A model generated the notes under the pieces. That model did no database searches. It was not told the DNA's origin and worked only from the letters and a program-made list of their open reading frames with translations. DNA of 64,000 nt, from NCBI RefSeq assembly GCF_963921235.1, contig NC_086097.1, forward strand, positions 69,442,001 through 69,506,000, written 5' to 3'. Position numbers and translations under genes: made by a program. Below are positions 56,688 to 64,000 of this stretch, in pieces. Every line of letters starts with the position of its first letter. Position 1 is the first letter of the stretch. Source of the stretch: Mobula hypostoma (Eukaryota).

Positions 56688-58935
56688 TGATGTGCACTTG
56701 CATGTGAATTTAGGTGATTACAAGTTACAGTTTTTGAAAATGTGCAAACTCTGTATCAACTTATTTTCATAATCTGAGCTTTCATGATTTATGTTTAAAG
56801 ACCTTGTTATAAAAAATAATGCACAAAATTAGTGTGACAAGTTTAATATATAGGGCCCCTGATAAAATTCTGTCATAAGCATTGGTATTTATTTCAATCT
56901 TAATGAGTTAAGACTTTGTAAGCATATTAAAAGTTATTTTGTGCATTTTACCATTGTGCACAAGGGCAATCCAAGTACAAAGTTTCATCTTCACAACAAG
57001 AATACAGTCTATAATGTTAGTTGCATCACCATGATGATATATTCAGAACAAAATTGAACATCCACCATTACCAGCAGCTGCAGAAATTTTTTTTAAATTG
57101 CAATCTAAGTTCTCGTGGCAAAGTATATCGCTTGCTTGACCACTGCTGTCAGGCCAAGGGAGGGAGACTAGTATACTAGAAAAGTACTCTAGGTGTACTT
57201 TTAAAATAAAAAAAATGAAGTGCCAATTGGCCAAGATGCTGTTCTTGACTACATAGATGCTAAATGATAAATTAGCATGCAGCAAGGGGACATAATGATT
57301 CTATAACAACTGAATGAGCCTAAGTGCAGTTCCTATTTTATTGGAATTTGTTGCACCACTCAAAGCATTCACTACCTTGACCATTAGCAAAGTGAGCAAT
57401 AACGTAGCGATAAAGTTGCTTGCTGAGACCACTCCAACCTCACAAACCCATGATCTCTTGTATTGTATATTGGAACACCAAGACATGGAGATTCACCTCG
57501 ACCTTGCACATTAACCTAACTTGGAGACGTATTGCCCTTCCTTCATTGGTACTGTGTTCCAATAGCATTGTGGAAGTAACATTACCAGCAGTTCAAGAAA
57601 GAGGTTCATCGCCAGTTTCTCTTGAGATGGGTGTTTATTTAACGTTCTGTAAAACAAATTTACGGAAAAAACTAGTTTGAGTTTAAATGGATTGCATTTC
57701 AAGGATTACAAATAAGTCTGAACATAACTTCATTTACCTCTGCACAGATGTTTTTCATCATGATAATATGCAGTGTCTGTTCCAGCTCAAGAAATAATTC
57801 GTGAATTGGAGTTGAGAATGCTTCATGCAATGTTAATATATTGCTAGAGTTACAATGATTGGTATCACTGTTTCCATTTTTTTGAACAAATGTCACATAA
57901 CCAGAGTGTCATTGTGACTGGTATGTCATTTCTTTTGTGCAGGAAATCTTATTGGATAATTCTGTTTGGGTAGGTTGCCTCCCTCATTACACCCACTTGC
58001 CATGTCCCTTCACCAGTCCCACAAGTTGATTTGATGTGTTTGAATATTTTTTAATAATGTTTATTTTTTTTGTGAGCTCTGCCTTTATTAATTAATCTAA
58101 CAATAACTTGGCTGGCATGCGAACCCAATACAACTGCACTGTGTGACATAACCTCCTTACTGATTTGAAACCCTTGGCTCTTGCTATATTTGACTTCTCT
58201 AATGTACTTCCTTTTGACTAGTGTTATTTGCACCTGCAGGCTGCAGAATAATGGCAATAACCACTGCAGATTAATGCTGCAAATGGTTTGGCTTTTTTCA
58301 TATTATTTGCTTGATTGTGCAAAAAGTTCCTCAAGAGCTTATATTTGTGACGACAAAGAGAATAAGTTTTGATAGCTTTTTGCAGATTTTCCTCAAGACA
58401 CTGTTGTCATTGGTTTAGATACACTCCTATGAAATTTAGATGGTTTGCAGTGGGTAATACAGTAGTTAGGCAGGCCAGAAGTAATGGATGATAACACGTA
58501 CCTTCAATGTCCTCTGTTAGCATTTGCCTGTTTGTTTGTGCTTGGTAGTTAACAGCATTTCTTTGTAAATGTAGGTAAGTACAGAATTAAACTTGGATGT
58601 ATAATTGGTTGTCAAAGTCTGATTTTAATCTGGCTGTTGTAAGACTTTACAATATCATAAATAATCTCAAAATAACCTTGAATGTTTTAAATGAAAGTCT
58701 TTATTTCTAGCATATCATTTGAACTACTTTCATGGCAATGCCCATTCACAATTAGTTGCAGGACTGAATTATTTGTGGATTACTGAGATGGTGTCATTTT
58801 GTGCAATCTCAGATAAATGAGAGTAATCTTTAACAATGATAAATACAGTAATTGATGCAAACCTTGTAGAACCTTCCAGCACCAGGCCATCTCCCAATGC
58901 AAACAGCCCCTCCAACTTGACACTTGTTTTCTTTG

Positions 58936-59045
58936 ACCAGTCCTGATGACTGTTCATTGGCCTGAAACATGTTCTGTTTCTCAGTTCACCTGTGCTGCCT
59001 GACATGCTAACTATTTACAACATTTCCTGTTATTACTTTATTCAA
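58936..59045 (+). mobile_element. Older Penelope-like terminal repeat with hammerhead core boxes
   Basis: ccagtcCTGATGActgttcattggcctGAAAcatg..tgctgcctgac. Confidence 0.55.
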
Positions 59046-59776
59046 ACAGTTAGACTTAATTTTGTTTCTGCTGGTCTTCAGTGTGTTTAGGCATAATTTT
59101 AGTGAACGCAGGAAAGTGAAGTTGGCAACTATAGATGTGAGCAATTAGAGCACTTTGTGTGGTGATGTGATGGTGTTCATCTCCGCCAAGTAGCTATTTA
59201 TATTTGAGATTCTTCATCTTTGTCCTTGTTAGGTGAAAAATCCTGAGAAACTTCTGCCTTTTCTCTTGCCGATTTTTGTTCTTTTTCGTTCAGCTGCTAA
59301 TCCTTTAGTTTAATTTTACAAATCAACTTCTACCAAATTTAAACTCTAAATCCTATAATATAGTTACAGGAGTCAAAAATGAGGGGTATCCTTCCTGCTC
59401 ATTCTCATACCTATTTGATGAGGAAGTGATTGGGAAAGATTAAATGTTGTTCATTTTGTATATGTAGGTTAGAGGATATCTTGGGGTGATTTCTAGAACA
59501 TGTCATCTTCTGCCCTTAGCCACTCTTAAACAATACCAGAGAATTCAACAGTGTCATAGAGCAATTCTGTTCACTAGAAATGGAGTTGTACTTTGGAACA
59601 TCTCGCCAACTGATCCAGGGCTGCAGAATCAGAGAGAAGCAGTTAGCCACTGTCTGTAATTGAGGATAGTTGTTTCCGGGATGCAGTTCCACAATTGTCT
59701 GGCATTTCTTTAAAAAAAATCCTACTTTTTTTGAAAATTCATACATACATACAGTACATGTACAGACATTTGTATG

Positions 59777-60478
59777 TGTAAGGGGGTTTTGTCTTTTATG
59801 TTACTGCATAGGCTAATTAAAATGGCTTCTTTGTTATGTTATACTGGGGAATGCTTCTCTGTTATGTTAAGTGCTGAGAAAGTCTCTAGCTAGACATTTG
59901 CTTGGGTTAATACAGACAGCAGTGTGCTATTAACCAATTGGGATAGTTGTTACGATTTTGGTGTATCTGGGAGATTTGTATGCGCGGGGTTTTGGGGCAG
60001 AAGGCAGGAGAGAGAGAGAGAGAGACAGAGAATGGACCAGGTGCTGTGAGTCCGCTAACGGGGTTGGACCCCGAGCGGGGCGTTCAGCAAGGAGGGGAGA
60101 CGGAGATGGACTCGTGTGGAGCGTCTGGTCGACCACCATTGTTGGTTCCAGGCAGCCGGTCGAGGCAGTCCGAGGGGTTGCAGGGTGAAGAAGAAGGGTA
60201 CCGGGCTCCAACTGTTTTGTGCACGAAGAGATTGAACTTTGAGTGTGGCGCCTTTTATTTTCCTTTTATATTTTATTCTCTATTAATTGTATAGTTCCAG
60301 TAATATCTATAAACTGTAAATCATTTAATTGTATCTGGTGTATTGTCTGTTATTTGGGCGGGGTGGGGTACATCACACAGCATCCACACAAACTGATTAC
60401 CCAGTTTGGCGGGGCCGAGGGCTGGTTCCCTAGACGACAGCGAGCCGAGTGACCCTGAGGGTGGCTGGGGGGAGTACA
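59777..60478. mobile_element. Solo LTR (702 bp)
   Basis: TGTA..TACA ends; perfect TSD TATG (59773-76, 60479-82); CpG-rich with a (GA)n tract. Confidence 0.85.
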
Positions 60479-60643
60479 TATGTTTGGGAGGAATATCCAC
60501 AAAAAAAATAGAAGCATGGTAAAGTGGCCCATGTTTTGAGCAAGTGGTAGATTTTATAAAGCTCTTCAGCAATGTAAAAGTGAGTGATAAAGTAGCTTGC
60601 TGTCTGAATTGATGCTTATGGTTAGCTAGCATTAACAAGATAG

Positions 60644-60921
60644 CAGAACACACAAAATGCTGGAGGAGCTCAGCAGGCCAGGCAGCATCTATGGAAAAGA
60701 GTAAATGGTCGATGTTTTGGGCTGAGACCCTTCATCAGGACTGGAAAAAAAGTTGAAGTCAGAGCAAGAAGGTGGGGGAGGTAAGGAAGAAGTACAAGGT
60801 GGTAGGTGATAGGTGAAACTGGGAGAGGTGGAGGGGTGAAGTAAAGAACAGGGAAGCTGATAGGTGAAAGAGATGAGGGCTGGAGAAGGGGGAATCTCAT
60901 AGGAGAGGGTAGAAACCATGG
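60644..60921 (-). mobile_element. Penelope-like 3' fragment (pyrimidine-rich UTR plus terminal repeat with decayed hammerhead)
   Basis: Minus strand reads ccagtcCTGATGAagggtctcagcccAAAAcatcgacc..gctgcctggcctgctgagctcctccagca; possible 10-bp TSD aacaagatag (60634-43, 60922-31). Confidence 0.75.
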
Positions 60922-61219
60922 AACAAGATAGGCTGAGTGAAAGTGCATTAGGTTTTACTTGTACTTATAGTGCCTAATTTTAAATATGCACAACTCCATC
61001 TAACTTCTGAAGACCTTTATTGAATGTGTACAAAGGACTCACCCAATAAATAAATTCTTTGTGTTAATTTATCTCAGAATCTCTTCTGATAGCCGAAGAA
61101 AACTACTTTTAGAACTGCCTTGAAATTAATAAACTTTCAAATAGAATAATTTCAAGCTTAAACTATGAAAGAGCCATACCTTACCTGGGATTTTTTTTTG
61201 TGAATTTTAATCAAAATCT

Positions 61220-61690
61220 TCAAGTTTAAGTCCAAATTTAATTGTCATTCATCCATACATTAATACAGTCAAATGAAACAGTGTCACTCCAGGCCCATGG
61301 TGCAAAATACAGCACCAACAGTCATATACAGCACAAGGCACATATAAGAGAGCAGTAAAGTACAGTCACCCAAAGGAAAGATGGTCCATGAATGTTGCAG
61401 TAGCAGGACACAACTTGTCTTCTGCTGAGCGATTACTGCAGGGGAGGGGGACAGCAACCTCCTACACGCACCAATGCCTCTGTTGCAGTCAGCGTCACAG
61501 TCCGCATTAAACCCGGCTCTTTCAGTTTCTCCACCAGTCAGCAACTTGCTGATGGAGTAGACATGCAGTACTTTTAAGTTCTTAATGTCCAGCATGGTTT
61601 TGTGATCATAAATAATTTGCTTAAGAAAGACAATAAATCTTTGGCTGATTGTGTAGTAGCTGCTGCGTCCAAGCACACCACCATCTTACT
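61220..61690 (-). mobile_element. Short non-coding retroposon with Rex1-like ends (decayed)
   Basis: Minus strand starts AAGATGGTGG and ends gacaattaaatttggacttaaacttga; same layout as 27070-27689; ends approximate. Confidence 0.45.
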
Positions 61691-61992
61691 GAAAATGGTA
61701 TCATAGTGGTACAACGTGTGCTAAGTTTAACACAGGAAAAAATGTGTTTTGTGTGTTTGAATTCTGAATAGACTCAGCTTATTATTTTTAAGTGTGATAG
61801 ATCCATTATCATAGATTTAGTTATTACTCATGTGTGAATAGGTTAAAGGTGGTTATATTTGTGACATTAATCATGATGAGTCTAGAAAAATTGTTTTGTG
61901 CTGCATTTTATTTTTGAGTGAGAAGAAAGAAAATGCATTTCTCTGTGTCCAAGTCAGACAGTTCATATCACAAAGGATCTTTTCTTTTTTAG

Positions 61993-62134
61993 GTAAACCT
62001 TTGTAGTTCACACCTGTTGTTGAGACGGGCTGTGATTGCATGCCTACATCAGCTTACGCAGAAGGAAGCTGCTGAAGTGCTTGAGTACGCCATGACTCTT
62101 GGCAAGGAATCCAATAAAGGAAGCTGTAAACTTG
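61993..62134 (+). CDS. HEATR5A: HEATR5A exon ([47 protein letters not shown])
   Basis: ttttttAG / GTaaga; phase 0 to 1. Confidence 0.95.
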
Positions 62135-62712
62135 GTAAGATATCTGATTTGGGATCATTACATGTTGTACACTTAGAAACACACATGACTAATTTTTTTT
62201 ATCATTTTAAGAAAATTGTATCAATCAAAATTCTTCATGTACTTACCTTGGAGAGTCAGAGATAACAACATTGACTGTTGAAACTAGTAAAGTTTGCATT
62301 CTGTTGAAAAGGCAAGATGATTGTTGTTTTGAGTAGTTAACGTACGTAATTGATAATAAGGCCAAGAATTTGAAATGTAAAGTATCATTGAGGTCATTAT
62401 AGTATATCAATCTTTTCTTCCATTTTGCTTACTCTCTACATTTCTTCTGTGCTCTGGTACTTCAGTTACAGCACATGCTGTCCTGGTTGTGTTGAAAATT
62501 GTTTATTAGACAGCAACAATTGTTTATAAAACTTGGCGAGGACTAATTGTCAGGATCGATATTTTGTTAGGTTATCATGAAAATGAAATTGCATTTTATT
62601 GTTATGTAAATGGTAAGACTCTGGTATGCCTTGTAAATGTTTCGATGTTTTAGCAAGGCAGGTACAAAAATAAGGTGCTTGCGAGGTCCACATTTTAATC
62701 TTGTGAAACTAA

Positions 62713-62925
<213 letters not shown>

Positions 62926-63655
62926 TAAGTATGTGAAGCTTCTGTTTTCTATCAAAAATGGAATGTTTGGTTTATTTTACTTTGACTTCAAAGGTGTATT
63001 TTATTTTCCCTTGTGTTGTTAACTTTTGCTCAGGTGAAGAGAAGTTGGTAGTTGTCACTGTGCACTAAAGCCAGACTGCCCAACCCGAGTTTGACAGGGC
63101 AGAGCTGTGCCGGCAGGAATTGGTTAGGATACATGTATTAGCAAACATCTGGTTTCAGGCCAGCCAAACTCGTTACTTCATCCATACCAGGATGATTTAC
63201 TTAATATTTCCAGTATTTGTTTTGTGTTTAAATTTGTTATATTTCCAGTGATAGTCTTAACAAGTCTGGAGAAACATAACTAAATATTTGGGCTTGCATC
63301 AAGTTTGTATTGGGCCTATCCAGCTGTTTGATTGTACACTTGAGAGGACTTCTCAATGCCTTACCCATGCAAATTTGCAGCCAAGTGGTTAAAATTTTGT
63401 AGACAAAGCATGAGCAATCTTCCAAAATTTGCTGTCCTGTGGGGAAAAATTTAATCAAGACTTCTAACTCTGGCATGTCTTAAGTTTGAGAGTTCCATGT
63501 GTAAGTCAGATTTATGCACAGCATTACAAATGACAACATGTGAAAATTGTTAATTATATATTTTATTTTATTTGCTGAAATATTTATTTTCATTTGTTAA
63601 TTCATGTTATTACACCCCTTACAAACTTTATAAATTCTGATGATCTCCACCCCAG

Positions 63656-63895
63656 ATTTCACCACTGCTGCTCCGGTAGACACTACTCAGGAAGACGAGG
63701 ATGAAAGGGCTGATGATGAAACAATATTCACCTCCAATAAAGATGACCAATTACGACCAATGATTGCACCACGCTGGTCAACCAGGGTATTTGCAGCAGA
63801 ATGTGTGTGCCGAATTATTACCCAGTGTGAGAAGATAGATGCTGCTCATTTTGATATGACTTTGGCTCAGGAAAAGAAACTGAAGCATCCTCAAA
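63656..63895 (+). CDS. HEATR5A: HEATR5A exon (DFTTAAPVDTTQEDEDE..APRWSTRVFAAECVCRIITQCE..AHFDMTLAQEKKLKHPQ); gene continues past window
   Basis: ccccAG / GTaagt; phase 1 to 1. Confidence 0.95.
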
Positions 63896-64000
63896 GTAAG
63901 TGGCTCTGAGGGGCCTGAAAGATTAAACGTTTGTGGTGGTGCAAAGAGAGAGATGTTTTACCAGATTTTAATATGAACTGGATGGCTTTCATCTGGAAAT

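Overview
Eukaryotic (vertebrate) genomic DNA. The repeat content suggests a cartilaginous fish, probably a ray or skate; this is an inference. The whole window lies inside one + strand gene, HEATR5A. I traced 18 consecutive internal coding exons (813-63895, 3009 nt, about 1003 codons), all with GT-AG boundaries and compatible phases; start and stop lie outside the window. Most other ORFs in the track are transposon fragments or noise. The introns hold: an internally deleted hAT (Charlie/Buster-type) transposon; an IR/DR Tc1 element with a Tigger-like element nested in its right TIR; a 4982-bp Gmr1-like Gypsy LTR retrotransposon (SCAN-like gag, tRNA-Pro PBS, integrase remnant before RT, collapsed pol); four solo LTRs; a nested CR1 > L1(+) > L1(-) > Rex1 stack; a tRNA-derived SINE; and several short Penelope-like terminal-repeat insertions. 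The most notable item is the insertion at 45298-45511: an 86-bp near-perfect palindrome containing an apparently complete minimal type I hammerhead ribozyme on the pre-mRNA sense strand. No prokaryotic-type system (CRISPR, operon) is present. The findings are unusual instances of known element classes, not a demonstrably new system. All family names come from motif recognition, not database searches.
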